This document shows positions 10,822 through 21,799 of a stretch of DNA of 64,000 nucleotides, one piece after another. Below the pieces are notes generated by a model. That model made no database searches, was not told the origin of the DNA, and worked only from the letters and a program-made list of their open reading frames with translations. The stretch is taken from NCBI GenBank assembly GCA_963774275.1, contig CAVZEP010000001.1, positions 12,985-76,984 of the forward strand, written 5' to 3'. The stretch is from an uncultured Chloroflexia bacterium. Lineage in GTDB: Bacteria > Chloroflexota > Anaerolineae > Anaerolineales > UBA4823. Every line of letters begins with the position of its first letter. Within the stretch, counting starts at the first letter, position 1. Made by a program: the position numbers and the translations under genes.

Positions 10822-11537
10822 ATGCACTACCTGCCTATTCTGTCAACCATCATCACCTTCATATTTGCAATCGCTGTCTTCAATCGCTTTAAATTGAGGC
10901 ATGGATCGCACCTTTTGTTATGGAGCATTGGCCTGGTGTTGTATGGGATTGGCACATTAACCGAAGTGAGCATGCTGTTTAAATTTAACCCATTAGCGCT
11001 CAAGTTATGGTACCTCAGCGGGGCAATGCTTACCGCGGCCTGGCTTGGTCAAGGTACGATCAACCTGCTGGTGCGCCGGCGTGGCATCACACCTACTTTA
11101 AATATCATCCTGTTGATCGTCAGCCTGATGGCGGTGGTGCTGGTCATCATGGCACCAGTCACATCTGCAGCAGCATCCTACAACCCTGCGCGAGCCGCTA
11201 TCTGCCCAATACAAGGACATCCTCACCCGGTCCGGTATGGTGGTCGTGTTGACCATCCTGCTTAATACCTACGGCACATTCACCCTGGTGGGCGGGTGCC
11301 ATATATTCTGCCTTCATTTTTTGGCGCAGGAAGGTGCTTTTCAACCGCATGGTTGGGAATATCCTGATCGCCGCAGGAGCGATCCTACCTGCCATGGGAG
11401 GCACATTTATCAAGATGGGCTTGCCTGATTTTCTATATCTGAGTGAATTCCTGGGTGTCATCCTGATGTATGTCGGCTTTCTGCAAGCCACAGTGGTGGT
11501 GGCGGTGAAAACCACTTCCCCGGCATCGGCAGATTAA
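10822..11537 (+). CDS. Multi-pass membrane protein (frameshifted near 11190-11330)
   Basis: AAGGAG RBS; hydrophobic helices continue across three ORF pieces (WY..GA.L.AAWLGQGT; N.LIA.GA.LPA.GG). Confidence 0.7.
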
Positions 11538-11661
11538 AAGCAAACAGGATCACCCATTGTAGCTCACTCGTCGGTGAGCTCACATCCTGGACTTAAAACC
11601 TTATCACTATTCACCAGTGCGCCTCCCATGAGGTGCACACCAATCAAACATGGAGGCTCAA

Positions 11662-11982
11662 ATGCCAAAGTATCTCACTCAATTTTCTTATACTGTCGAT
11701 GGTGTGAAAGGATTGCTTAAAGAGGGAGGCACAAGCCGCCGCTCTGCCACCGAGAAGCTAATTAATTCGCTAGGAGGCACCATGGAAGCTTATTATTTTG
11801 CCTTTGGCGAAACTGATGGCTTCGTTATTGCAGATCTACCTGACAACGCCAGCATGTCGGCGATTGCGCTGACCGTTGGTGCGAGTGGAGCCGTCACGGT
11901 CAAAACGACTGTCTTGATAACCCCTGAACAGGTCGATGAGGCGATGAAGAAGACGCCCAGTTATCGACCACCTGGAAAGTAA
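11662..11982 (+). CDS. GYD domain protein
   Basis: GGAGG RBS; MPKYL..FSYT.DG.KGLLKEGG.SRR, YFAFGETD, KTTVLITPE, YRPPG. Confidence 0.85.
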   Translation: MPKYLTQFSYTVDGVKGLLKEGGTSRRSATEKLINSLGGTMEAYYFAFGETDGFVIADLPDNASMSAIALTVGASGAVTVKTTVLITPEQVDEAMKKTPSYRPPGK

Positions 11983-12044
11983 GGGTCAATTTCTAATTTA
12001 TGCACATGAAATTGCCGCCGAAAAGAGTAGTGAGGTCGACGGCA

Positions 12045-12224
12045 ATGTGCCTGAAGACGCACAGTGCGGCAAAAGGCAGCCCAGCTATCAGTACAGGTAC
12101 CAATGGCGGCTGCCCATCAGCCGACCAGCGGGGTTTGCCGCGACCCATGCTTGGCATCTGTGACATCAGGGCGTACGAATTCGGTTTAGCAATTCTCTTA
12201 CCCGTAATCAGCAAGGAAGCATAG
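12045..12224 (+). pseudogene. Orphan 3' remnant of a choice-of-anchor-Q-type surface protein
   Basis: THS...GSPAISTG...CPSADQRG.PRP...CDIRAYE resembles the SPAIDAG..DQRG..R..DIGAYE consensus with substitutions; ends AILLPVISKEA*; no upstream gene body. Confidence 0.65.
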
Positions 12225-12326
12225 CCATACTGTCAATCAATGATCCGAACCTTCATTGACTGAGTTTATATTTAAGCTATAATCTCTCTAAACAACGATT
12301 TCCAAACCGGTAAACCGTTTCCCCGA

Positions 12327-13390
12327 TTGAATAAAATCACCCTACCCCTCCTGATCCTAAGTTTTATCGCTTGCGCTTGTGTACCGGGTGCGAGCCAGCA
12401 GGAGACTATAACCCCCACCCGTTCGGCGACCGTGGTATCGGATTGGTACACGGTGTATTTCACCGAGCCCACCGACCCAACAGCTTCATCCTTCCGTGGT
12501 GGACCGGATGAAGACCTGGCAGAGGCGATTGACCAGGCGCGGGTGAGTGTGGATATGGCTATCTACGATCTTAATCTGTGGAGCGTGCGGGATGCACTGA
12601 TCCGTGCTCACCGGCGAGGCGTAGGCGTACGCGTGGTCACTGAGAGTGACAACATGGATGAGCAGGAGGTGCAGGAACTCAAAGAGGCTGGTATTGAGGT
12701 GCTGGGTGACCGCCAGGAAGGATTGATGCACCACAAGTTTGTCGTCCTCGATCGGACTGAAGTCTGGACTGGGTCGATGAACTTCACCACAGGGGGAGGC
12801 TACCTGGACAACAATAACATCATCCGTATACGATCCTCCAAATTAGCTGAAGATTACACCCACGAGTTCGAGCAGATGTTCGTTGACGACCACTTTGGCA
12901 CAATCAAGTCAGCTGGAACTCCCGACCCAACGATGACGGTGAACGGCAGCTTGATCGAGGTTTATTTCTCTCCGCAGGACGGCACGTTGAGCAGACGATC
13001 CAATCGGTGATCAACTCGGCGCAGGAGAGCATATATTTCATGGCATATTCCTTCACCTCCGATGCGCTGGCAGAGGCCCTTATCGAGCGGGCAGAAGCAG
13101 GCGTGATCGTGGCGGGGGTGTTTGACAATGATCAATACCATTCCAATTTGGGAACTGAGTTCGACACGCTCAGCACTGCGGGGGTTGACGTCAGGCTGGA
13201 TGGCAACCCGAGACTGATGCATCATAAGGTGATCATCATTGACGAGCAAATCGTAATCACCGGCTCGTATAATTTCAGCAATAATGCCGAGTATAAGAAT
13301 GACGAAAATACCCTTATAATTCACAATAAGGATATTGCCGCGGAGTACCTGGCTGAATATCAACAAATCTATAGGATAGCACAAAGGTGA
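12327..13390 (+). CDS. Phospholipase D-family lipoprotein with two HKD motifs (frameshift near 12990)
   Basis: Lipobox-like N-terminus; MHHKFVVLD...TGSMN and MHHKVIIID...TGSYN...NDEN. Confidence 0.85.
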
Positions 13391-13393
13391 ACC

Positions 13394-15934
13394 ATGATTG
13401 AAACGAATGGCAAATTTTACCTGGGACGCATTTTTGACGTTCAGCAGGCTAAAGCTACCGACCAGTCTCTACTGTATGAACCAGCAGACCTGACCACGCA
13501 TGCCGTGGTGGTCGGTATGACAGGTTCGGGTAAGACGGGGCTATGCATCGACCTGTTGGAGGAAGCTGCGTTAAACAATATCCCCGCGCTGATGATCGAC
13601 CCCAAGGGAGATATGACCAACACCCTGCTCCACTTCCCGGACCTGCTTCCACAAGACTTCCAGCCGTGGGTTAATCCCGACCAGGCACGCCGGGCGGGTA
13701 AAACTTTAGAGCAAGCTGCGGCGGATGCTGCCCAGATGTGGAAACAGGGCCTGACAGATTGGGGGATTGACCAGCAACGCTTGCTGAAGCTCAAAGAATC
13801 AGCCCAGTTCGCGGTTTTCACCCCCGGCTCAGATGCAGGGATCCCCATAAACATCCTGGCGTCATTGAAAGCCCCAACCATCCCCTGGGAGATCAATAAG
13901 GAAACCTTGCGTGAGAAAATCTCCGGAACGGTCACAGCCCTGTTAGGATTGGTAGGCTTACAAGACATTGACCCGGTGCGCTCGCGCGAGCACATCCTGT
14001 TAGCCAATATCTTCGAAAATTCATGGAGACAGGGTAAAGACCTCGACCTGGGTGAACTGATCTTACAGACCCAAAGCCCACCTTTCCCCAAGCTGGGTGT
14101 GTTCGACGTTAACACCTTCTTCCCAGAGAAAGACCGCTTTGAGCTGGCAATGCTGCTCAACAATATCCTGGCTGCCCCGGCTTTCGGGGTTTGGATCGAG
14201 GGACAACCGCTGGATGTCCAATCGCTGTTGTATACAGCAGACGGGAAACCCCGCCACAGCGTGTTTTACATCGCCCACCTGAGCGATTCTGAGCGCATGT
14301 TTTTTGTAACCTTACTTTACTCGGCAGTGGAAACCTGGATGCGCTCACAGACCGGAACGACCAGTCTGCGCGCACTGGTCTATTTTGATGAAATCTTCGG
14401 CTACCTGCCTCCGGTGGCTAACCCACCTTCCAAACAACCAATGCTGCGCATGCTGAAGCAGGCGCGTGCCTTTGGGGTTGGGCAGGTACTGGTGACCCAA
14501 AACCCGGTGGATGTGGATTACAAGGCACTTTCCAATGCTGGCACCTGGATGATCGGAAAGCTACAGACGGACCAGGATAAACAGCGTTTATTGGATGGCC
14601 TGGACAGTGCCATGTCGGGCAGCCTGGACCGAGGCGAGTACGATCGACTGATCTCCACGCTGGGTAAACGCGTGTTCCTGCTGCATAATGTGAACGCCAA
14701 AGGACCAGCGTTATTTCAAACGCGCTGGGCGATGAACTACCTGACCGGCCCGCTAACCCGGAACCAAATCCCTGATTTGAACAAGCTGGCAGATGCCACC
14801 TCGCTGCCACCAACTCCAACGCCCGATTTATCCCAACCTGAAGCTGCGCCTGGGCAGACTGCGGTCCCAGAAGCAGCTCAAGGGCTCACCGCAGCGGCAT
14901 CAACGCCGGTCGTAAGTAGCAAACCGGGTCCCGGGTTCTCCTCTACCCGGCCCACTATTCCTGGGGAAATCGAGGAGTATTTTCTCCCCAACAACCTCAC
15001 CTTCACGCAGGCATTCAAAGCGGCCGGGCGTGATTACCCGAGTGAAGCTTTCAGCCAGGGCTTGATTTATCGACCGATGATCTTTTCACAGTCCAACACC
15101 CGCCTGTTCAATTTGAAGTATAAGCTTGATATCGACATCTCCAAGACCGCACTGGTTGAAAACCCGGACAGACGGGGTGTTGTTCGCTGGGATAACTACC
15201 TGACGGACAGGATCGAGCCATCCAAGCTTGACCAGGCTCCCGATGCGCAGGCACGCTTCGGGACGCTGGAAGTGCCATTGAATGACGTCAAGCTGATGAC
15301 GGCTTTAAAGAAAGACTTCATGGATTGGGCGTATCGCTCCACCCAGGTGACGGTGCATGGCAATGAGCTACTTAAGGTGTACGCCGGACCCGATACCACG
15401 GAGGGCGAATTTCGAACACAGTGCGCCAATGCTGCCCGCCAGGCGTGTGAGGCTGAGATCAAGAAAGCTTCAGCTACTTATGATACCAGATTGCGTGCTT
15501 TGCAAGATAAGCTGGAGCGCGAAGAGCGTGAATTGAAACAGGACCAGGCGGACCTATCCAACCGAAAAATGGATGAGATCGGCACAGGCCTGGAGACGGT
15601 TGCCGGCTTTCTAGGGTTTGGACGCAAACGCTCCATCTCTTCCTCTATCTCCAAACGCCGTATGGCTTCGCAGGCCAAGAGTGATGTGGAAGAATCGGTC
15701 AATACGATCAAAGATTACCAGGAGCAGATTGCTACCATCGAAGAGCAGAAGGCAGCGGCGGTGCAAGCAGTGAATGATAAATGGGGCGATGTCGCCAACC
15801 AAATCATTGAGATCCCGATCAGCGCCCAGAAGAAGGACATCCTGCTCGACTTTTTTGGGGTGGCATGGATGCCTTATCACCTGGTGAAGCTGGGCGATGA
15901 GCTCATCGAGCTGCCTGGCTTTTCGACCAAGTAG
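13394..15934 (+). CDS. HerA/FtsK-like (DUF87/DUF853) P-loop ATPase with C-terminal coiled coil
   Basis: Walker A GMTGSGKT, IDPKGD, Walker B VYFDE, ARAFGVG..LVTQNP. Confidence 0.88.
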   Translation: MIETNGKFYLGRIFDVQQAKATDQSLLYEPADLTTHAVVVGMTGSGKTGLCIDLLEEAALNNIPALMIDPKGDMTNTLLHFPDLLPQDFQPWVNPDQARRAGKTLEQAAADAAQMWKQGLTDWGIDQQRLLKLKESAQFAVFTPGSDAGIPINILASLKAPTIPWEINKETLREKISGTVTALLGLVGLQDIDPVRSREHILLANIFENSWRQGKDLDLGELILQTQSPPFPKLGVFDVNTFFPEKDRFELAMLLNNILAAPAFGVWIEGQPLDVQSLLYTADGKPRHSVFYIAHLSDSERMFFVTLLYSAVETWMRSQTGTTSLRALVYFDEIFGYLPPVANPPSKQPMLRMLKQARAFGVGQVLVTQNPVDVDYKALSNAGTWMIGKLQTDQDKQRLLDGLDSAMSGSLDRGEYDRLISTLGKRVFLLHNVNAKGPALFQTRWAMNYLTGPLTRNQIPDLNKLADATSLPPTPTPDLSQPEAAPGQTAVPEAAQGLTAAASTPVVSSKPGPGFSSTRPTIPGEIEEYFLPNNLTFTQAFKAAGRDYPSEAFSQGLIYRPMIFSQSNTRLFNLKYKLDIDISKTALVENPDRRGVVRWDNYLTDRIEPSKLDQAPDAQARFGTLEVPLNDVKLMTALKKDFMDWAYRSTQVTVHGNELLKVYAGPDTTEGEFRTQCANAARQACEAEIKKASATYDTRLRALQDKLEREERELKQDQADLSNRKMDEIGTGLETVAGFLGFGRKRSISSSISKRRMASQAKSDVEESVNTIKDYQEQIATIEEQKAAAVQAVNDKWGDVANQIIEIPISAQKKDILLDFFGVAWMPYHLVKLGDELIELPGFSTK

Positions 15935-15941
15935 GATGTGC

Positions 15942-16511
15942 ATGCCTGATCAGCGCTACACCATCCGTGATAAGCGTGGTAATCTGATCCCGGTCGAATT
16001 CAGGCGGGATAAACGCCTGACGAAAACCTCGCGCTGGGAGCACCTACCGGATGGCAGGTTATTATTACGCGTGCCTTATCGCTTTCCCAGGCACCGGGTC
16101 AGCTCACTGCTTGAGCAGATTGCCTCCCAGCTCGATAAATCCCGCTCGTCGCACACCCATCGCACGGATGCCGATTTGCAAGAACGCGCACAGGTGATCA
16201 ACCGGAAGCATTTTAAGGGGCAAATCCAATGGAATGCCATCCGGTGGGTGACGAATATGCAATCCCGCCTGGGCAGCTGCACAAGAGGAGGCACGACAGA
16301 TGGCCAAATTCGCATCAGTGACAAAATCAAACGTTGGCCAGACTGGGTAATTGATTATGTGATTGCCCATGAATTGATGCACCGCAAATACCCCAACCAC
16401 TCGGATGCATTTTGGAATGAGCTGAAGGTAGCCTACCCGCTCACTGAACGGGCACGCGGCTTTATTTATGGGGCAGGTTTTACAACCGGGCAACCTATTG
16501 AAGATGATTAG
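15942..16511 (+). CDS. M48/YgjP (DUF45)-like zinc metallo-protein
   Basis: R.GSC, DYVIAHELMH...NHS.AFW zincin motif. Confidence 0.85.
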   Translation: MPDQRYTIRDKRGNLIPVEFRRDKRLTKTSRWEHLPDGRLLLRVPYRFPRHRVSSLLEQIASQLDKSRSSHTHRTDADLQERAQVINRKHFKGQIQWNAIRWVTNMQSRLGSCTRGGTTDGQIRISDKIKRWPDWVIDYVIAHELMHRKYPNHSDAFWNELKVAYPLTERARGFIYGAGFTTGQPIEDD

Positions 16512-16589
16512 GCGGAGTGCAGGTATTTTTTGCGGGACGAAAAGTGACCAAAAACGTTCTGGCATACAACTTGCAACCAAGAAATAGCC

Positions 16590-17102
16590 ATGGAACATGA
16601 TCCATCACCCCCGCCTGATTATATGAATGCTGTTGGCTTGCTCAATAGACGCGAAATCGAAGCACGCATCCTTGCCCCTATGCTCGAGGCGTTGAGCGCT
16701 GAGCTTGGCAAGGAGCGAGCCTGGGAGATGGTGCGCAAGCTCATCCAAGAGATTGCCCACCAGCAAGGGATCCAGCTGGGTAAAAGCATGGAAGCTAACG
16801 ACCTGGAACACTTCGCTTTAACCCATGAGACCTGGAAAAAGGACAATGCCATTCAGACAGAAGTACTCGAGCTGACGACTGGTAAATTCGCGTTCAATGT
16901 TTTCCGCTGTCGTTATGCAGAGATGTACCACCATCTGGGCATACCTGAGCTGGGAAAAATGCTGTCGTGCGATCGCGATTTTGCCCTCATTCAGGGGTTC
17001 AATCCGGACATACAGCTCACCCGTACCCAGACAATCATGGAAGGGGCAGACATCTGTGATTTTTGCTTTGAGGTGAAACCTGCCAAAAAACCATGGAGAT
17101 AA
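16590..17102 (+). CDS. L-2-amino-thiazoline-4-carboxylate hydrolase family protein
   Basis: RREIEARI, FNV.RCRYAEMY..LG.PELG..LSC.RD, RTQTIMEGA..CDF motifs. Confidence 0.85.
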   Translation: MEHDPSPPPDYMNAVGLLNRREIEARILAPMLEALSAELGKERAWEMVRKLIQEIAHQQGIQLGKSMEANDLEHFALTHETWKKDNAIQTEVLELTTGKFAFNVFRCRYAEMYHHLGIPELGKMLSCDRDFALIQGFNPDIQLTRTQTIMEGADICDFCFEVKPAKKPWR

Positions 17103-17107
17103 TGCGC

Positions 17108-17136
17108 TTGACGCTGGATTAAGAATATGCTAGTAT
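17108..17136 (+). promoter_or_regulatory. Sigma70-type promoter
   Basis: TTGACG-N17-TAGTAT with TGn extension, upstream of the LysM gene. Confidence 0.55.
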
Positions 17137-17217
17137 CATCTAACCGTGTGCTCGAATCGATCAGGTGTACAGTCTGTCCAGAAGCATTGGTGACTGTATG
17201 AAGGAGACAAGATTATT

Positions 17218-17902
17218 ATGAACTTCAAAAGCCATTCACGAATTCTCATGATCCTCATGCTTGCCAGCCTGGTTGTGATTGGGCTGACCTCGTGTGTACT
17301 CTCCGCTTCCAAAGGCCCGTTATCGGCGGATACGACCAACGAAGGATTTCCTGTCCCAGGTGAAACCGAGCAATCATCAGGTGGAATTGATGTGAGCACA
17401 TTTGCCACACAAACAGCTCAGGCAAAGCCTCCTGTGGTGGTCAGTCAAGAACCAGCCTCACCGGGAAACCCCACCCAGGCTGCACCCTATCCTGCGAATA
17501 CCAGTGTACCTGAAGCACCTACAGTCACGCCAACCCCGATCACCTACGTCGAGCCCCCACCCAGCACGCTTCCCACCACTTACACCCTGCAGCAAGGTGA
17601 ATATCCTTTCTGCATTGCCCGCCGGTTCGATGTAAATCAGGCTGAGCTGCTTGAGCTCAATGCTCTTACGATGGATACTTTAGTTGGCCCGGGGACGGAA
17701 TTAAAAATCCCTCAGACTGGCAATCCGTTCGATGGTGACCGGTCGTTGCATGACCATCCCAGCACGTACATCGTTGATGAAGGTGATACATTAGGTTCCA
17801 TTGCCTGCTATTACGGGGATGTCTCACCGGAATTAATCTCCCTGCAGAACAACCTGTCGTCGGATGACGGTGGATCCGGGAACAGAGCTTGTCATTCCTT
17901 AA
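17218..17902 (+). CDS. LysM-domain lipoprotein (likely indel near 17865; uncorrected ORF runs to 17931)
   Basis: LTSC lipobox; two LysM repeats (YTLQQGE...IARRF; YIVDEGDTLGSIA); the shifted frame restores DPGTELVIP*. Confidence 0.8.
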
Positions 17903-17973
17903 TTAAAGGACTGATTCTAGCGAAGGTTTAAACGGTGGGGATGTTTAAACCTTCGTATATTTTAAGGAGTAGC

Positions 17974-18507
17974 ATGGATATTGAAATTATTGCCCAAGAA
18001 AGCGTTTATCAAGGTCGCGCCTTCAACGTGCGACGTGACAAAGTCCGTTTTCAAAACCAAAGCATTGCCCACCTGGATATCATTGAACACGTAGGGGCGG
18101 TCACAATCCTACCCGTGAACGCCGAAGGGCAGATCATCTTCGTGCGACAATACCGGCATGCGGCGGGTCAAGAGTTACTTGAGCTCCCAGCTGGCACGCT
18201 TGAGGCAGGTGAACCACCTGAAAATTGTGCATTGCGGGAAATCCGTGAAGAGACAGGGTTTGCAGCAGGAAAGCTTTCTAAAATCGGTGAATTCTTCCTC
18301 GCGCCGGGTTATTCGACAGAGTATATGGTGGTCTTCTTAGCCACCGACCTGTATCCAAGCCCATTGCCGGGGGATACAGATGAATTCATCACTATCGAAG
18401 CCATACCCATCGAGCAAGCCTATGAGCTGGCACTGCATGGCGGGCTGCAGGATGGAAAAAGCCTGGCGGCATTGCTCCTGGCTCAACCGTACATCTACGG
18501 GGCTTGA
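17974..18507 (+). CDS. NUDIX hydrolase (ADP-ribose pyrophosphatase-like)
   Basis: RQYRH, ELPAGTLE.GE.PE.CA.RE.REETG Nudix box; AAGGAG RBS. Confidence 0.9.
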   Translation: MDIEIIAQESVYQGRAFNVRRDKVRFQNQSIAHLDIIEHVGAVTILPVNAEGQIIFVRQYRHAAGQELLELPAGTLEAGEPPENCALREIREETGFAAGKLSKIGEFFLAPGYSTEYMVVFLATDLYPSPLPGDTDEFITIEAIPIEQAYELALHGGLQDGKSLAALLLAQPYIYGA

Positions 18508-18638
18508 AACCACCTATTTAGCCAGAGGAAGCATCCGACGACGAAATTTGTTTATTTCGGATGACAGGAATTAAATTCATTTACCGGGGACTTAGAGTTA
18601 TCGTGACTGCCTGATCCTATGGCAGTTTATTCACAAGA

Positions 18639-18953
18639 TCAGTTTTGCGGTTGAGGACGGTCCATGCTTCCAGGGCGGTTTCGCCGGCGCGGCCGGGCTT
18701 TGCGACCTGTCGTAGGGCTAAGCAGCATATTTAACCAGCTTACCGCACGCGTATCATATTCTCGTTTTCCACACACATCACAAACCCAGGAGGGAAAGTT
18801 CGGCACAGTGATGAGCTCATCATTCAGCCAGGTAAAGTAGGTGAGATATTCCAGGCGATATACTCCGGTATGGCATTCTGGGCAAATGCGTGAGTAATCC
18901 ATCTGGGAGTCTTCCGTGGATTCTTCATCAGGCTTGATTGGTTGATCGCTCAT
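18639..18953 (-). CDS. YgiT-type zinc finger protein
   Basis: CPEC...[13 protein letters not shown] motif. Confidence 0.8.
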   Translation of the reverse strand: MSDQPIKPDEESTEDSQMDYSRICPECHTGVYRLEYLTYFTWLNDELITVPNFPSWVCDVCGKREYDTRAVSWLNMLLSPTTGRKARPRRRNRPGSMDRPQPQN

Positions 18954-19702
18954 TTTATAATCGCCTCAGCCTCCTGCACAATTTTAACTCCTGCGCTTGC
19001 ACCCAGGCGGCTCGCTCCTGCTTTTATCATCGCCAAAGCATCGGTATAGGTGCGGATGCCTCCGGCAGCCTTAACACCCATTTCCGATCCCACAACGCGG
19101 CGCATCAACTCCACATCTTCGACGGTTGCACCTCCGGTGCCAAATCCGGTTGAAGTTTTTACAAAATCGGCTCCAGCAGCCTTACTAATCAGACAAGCCA
19201 GGATCTTTTCTCTACGAGTCAGGAGAGCCGTCTCCAGGATGATTTTAGTAATAGCACCCTGGTTATGGGCGGTTCCTGACACTGCCTGAATCTCATTCAT
19301 TATCAACCCAAACGCTTCAGATTTCAATGCCCCAATATTAATGACCATATCAATCTCTGACGCCCCAGCATTGACGCAGGCAAGGGTTTCATAAACCTTG
19401 AATTCAGGCAGGACTGCCCCAAGGGGAAAACCCACCACCGTGCAAATTGCTTCCGGGGCATCTCCAATCAGCCCACACGCCAGGGGAACAAAGACTGGAT
19501 TGATGCACACTGAAGCAAAATGATGCTCCAGGGCTTCCTGACACAGGACCCGGATTTGGGCTGCAGTCGCTTCAGGCTTGAGCAGGGTATGATCAATCCA
19601 ACCCGCAATTTTATTACCCTCCGGGATGGCTAGTTGAGCAGGTGCCGGAGGTAATTGGTGCTCATAATCCTGTGCCAATGAGACAAGCTGCGATAATTCC
19701 AT
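18950..19702 (-). CDS. deoC: Deoxyribose-phosphate aldolase
   Basis: [44 protein letters not shown]. Confidence 0.95.
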   Translation of the reverse strand: MELSQLVSLAQDYEHQLPPAPAQLAIPEGNKIAGWIDHTLLKPEATAAQIRVLCQEALEHHFASVCINPVFVPLACGLIGDAPEAICTVVGFPLGAVLPEFKVYETLACVNAGASEIDMVINIGALKSEAFGLIMNEIQAVSGTAHNQGAITKIILETALLTRREKILACLISKAAGADFVKTSTGFGTGGATVEDVELMRRVVGSEMGVKAAGGIRTYTDALAMIKAGASRLGASAGVKIVQEAEAIIK

Positions 19703-19717
19703 CACAATAGTCTCCAA

Positions 19718-20308
19718 TCAGTGAGCTGCGTTCGCTAATGGGACGTGATCGATTAAACCCCAGGCGGGTGGTGGCCAATAAACCACGAGAGCTTTCCCCA
19801 CCACATAATTCATGGGAACCATACCCCAATCATGAGAATCTGAAGAATTGTTACGATTATCGCCTAATACGAACAACTGATCCTCGGGTACCTTCCATGT
19901 ACCCATGTAATTCATTTTTACATTCAAATAATTTTCGGTTAAACCCTGTCCATTGACATAAACCGAACCGTTTCTCACTTCAACCTCATCTCCAGGGAGA
20001 CCTATAATGCGTTTAATATACTCTTCCTTGGGGTCACGCGGGAAGTGAAAAACTATAATATCGCCGCGCTGGGGGCTTCCCAGGCGGTAACTTAATCGGC
20101 TGACGATTACATACTCTCCGGAAACCAGGGTCGGTTCCATGCTGGCACCATCTACACGAATGCGTGCAGAGATCATATTGATGCTTACAAACAGGACCAC
20201 TGAGAGAACGAGAGTCTCAAGTACATCCACTAAAAAGCTCAGAAATCCGGAACGTTTAGCTTTATCTTGAGGCAACTCAGGAATTACTTCTATTTGATTG
20301 GTATCCAA
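19718..20308 (-). CDS. lepB: Signal peptidase I
   Basis: SMEPTL, YIKRIIGLPGD, GDNRNNSSDS; TTG start after GGAGG. Confidence 0.93.
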   Translation of the reverse strand: MDTNQIEVIPELPQDKAKRSGFLSFLVDVLETLVLSVVLFVSINMISARIRVDGASMEPTLVSGEYVIVSRLSYRLGSPQRGDIIVFHFPRDPKEEYIKRIIGLPGDEVEVRNGSVYVNGQGLTENYLNVKMNYMGTWKVPEDQLFVLGDNRNNSSDSHDWGMVPMNYVVGKALVVYWPPPAWGLIDHVPLANAAH

Positions 20309-20413
20309 AATTCCTCCATGTGCAAGGCATTATATAACCGCTCACCTATCAGGGCAAGGGAAGGGGGATTAATGGTTCGTGAATCCTTGCCACCATTTAC
20401 GACTGTCTTGGGT

Positions 20414-21790
20414 TTATTTTCTTCGAGGACGTAATACAATCCGGATGGGGGTTCCCAAAAATGCATGCTCTGCGCGAATACTATTCTCGATAAATCTCAG
20501 GTAGGTGAAGTGGGCTAATTTTGGGTCATTCACATGGAGCAGGAAAACCGGAGGATCATTTCTAACCTGGGTGCCATAATAAATCTTTAACCCTGTCCCG
20601 CCATGGGAGGGTGCAGCGTGCTTATCCTGGGCGTGCTGGAGAATGCGATTGATTTTTGAAGTTGGCAGGCGGGTGAGCCGTTCTTCCTGAACTCTCAACG
20701 CCAGAGATAACACCTGGTCCACACGCTGACCGGTCTTGGCTGAAATGAACAGAATCGGTACATAATCCATGAAGTTTAATTCCTGCCTGACGTGTTGAGT
20801 GTATGACTCCATGGTGTAGGTATCTTTCTCGATCGCATCCCATTTGTTTACCAATACCACCGCGCTCTTCCAGGCATCCAAGATAAACCCGGCGATGTGT
20901 GTATCCTGAGCGGTTAGACCCTCGGTTGCATCGAGAACGAGGAGAACCACATCTGCCCTCTCGATGGCATGCAAGGCACGCATCACACTGTATTGCTCTA
21001 CACCCGGAATTATGTGCCCACGTCGCCGGATACCCGCAGTATCGATGAGCAACACGGGTATATCTCCATAGGTCAGGTGGGTATCAATCGCATCCCTGGT
21101 GGTACCCGCGATTGGGCTCACGATGGCGCGTTCCTCCCCCAACAGCTGGTTGAGCAAGCTGGACTTTCCCGCATTGGGTTTACCGACAATGGCAATCTTG
21201 ACTGAATCATCCTCAACTTCCTGCCCTTCTTTATTGAATGTGGCTACAAGAGCATCCAGCATGTCTCCAGTGCCTGTTCCATGCAAGGCAGATATTGCGT
21301 ACGGCTCACCCAAACCCAGCTCATAAAATTCCATGGCAGCCATACGGCGCGATTCATTTTCGCATTTATTCACTACCAAAAGAACAGGGGGTTTCGCCTG
21401 ACCGTCCACATCGTGTTGGTATTTGCGTAGAATCTGAGCCACTTCATGGTCCGCAGCCGTCACACCATTCTCAACATCTGTAATCAACAAGACGGCGTCT
21501 GAATCCCGGATGGCAATTTCTGCTTGAGCACGAATCTGTTCAATAAAATCGGCTGAACCGATTGAAAGCGGTTGCCGGCCGCTACCGGAGCCAATTCGGG
21601 TGGGATCAATCCCTCCGGTGTCCACAATATCGAATACGCTGCCAGACCATTCAGCCTCCATCACCAGACGGTCGCGAGTAGTTCCCGGGACTTCATCTAC
21701 AACTGCAAGGCGCTCGCCAGCCAGGCGGTTAAATAAAGTGCTTTTCCCAACATTGGGTCGCCCAACTAAGGCGACAACTGGTTTTGTCAT
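20414..21790 (-). CDS. der: Ribosome biogenesis GTPase Der (EngA)
   Basis: Two tandem G domains (GRPNVGKS, GKPNAGKS) and a KH-like C-terminus. Confidence 0.96.
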   Translation of the reverse strand: MTKPVVALVGRPNVGKSTLFNRLAGERLAVVDEVPGTTRDRLVMEAEWSGSVFDIVDTGGIDPTRIGSGSGRQPLSIGSADFIEQIRAQAEIAIRDSDAVLLITDVENGVTAADHEVAQILRKYQHDVDGQAKPPVLLVVNKCENESRRMAAMEFYELGLGEPYAISALHGTGTGDMLDALVATFNKEGQEVEDDSVKIAIVGKPNAGKSSLLNQLLGEERAIVSPIAGTTRDAIDTHLTYGDIPVLLIDTAGIRRRGHIIPGVEQYSVMRALHAIERADVVLLVLDATEGLTAQDTHIAGFILDAWKSAVVLVNKWDAIEKDTYTMESYTQHVRQELNFMDYVPILFISAKTGQRVDQVLSLALRVQEERLTRLPTSKINRILQHAQDKHAAPSHGGTGLKIYYGTQVRNDPPVFLLHVNDPKLAHFTYLRFIENSIRAEHAFLGTPIRIVLRPRRK

Positions 21791-21799
21791 GAATAATCC

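Noticed and set aside
17103-17217. c-di-AMP (ydaO) riboswitch before the LysM gene
   Set aside because: Leader is only about 75 nt and lacks recognisable ydaO consensus elements.
18639-18953. MqsRA-type toxin-antitoxin module
   Set aside because: No HTH on the zinc finger and no adjacent toxin gene.
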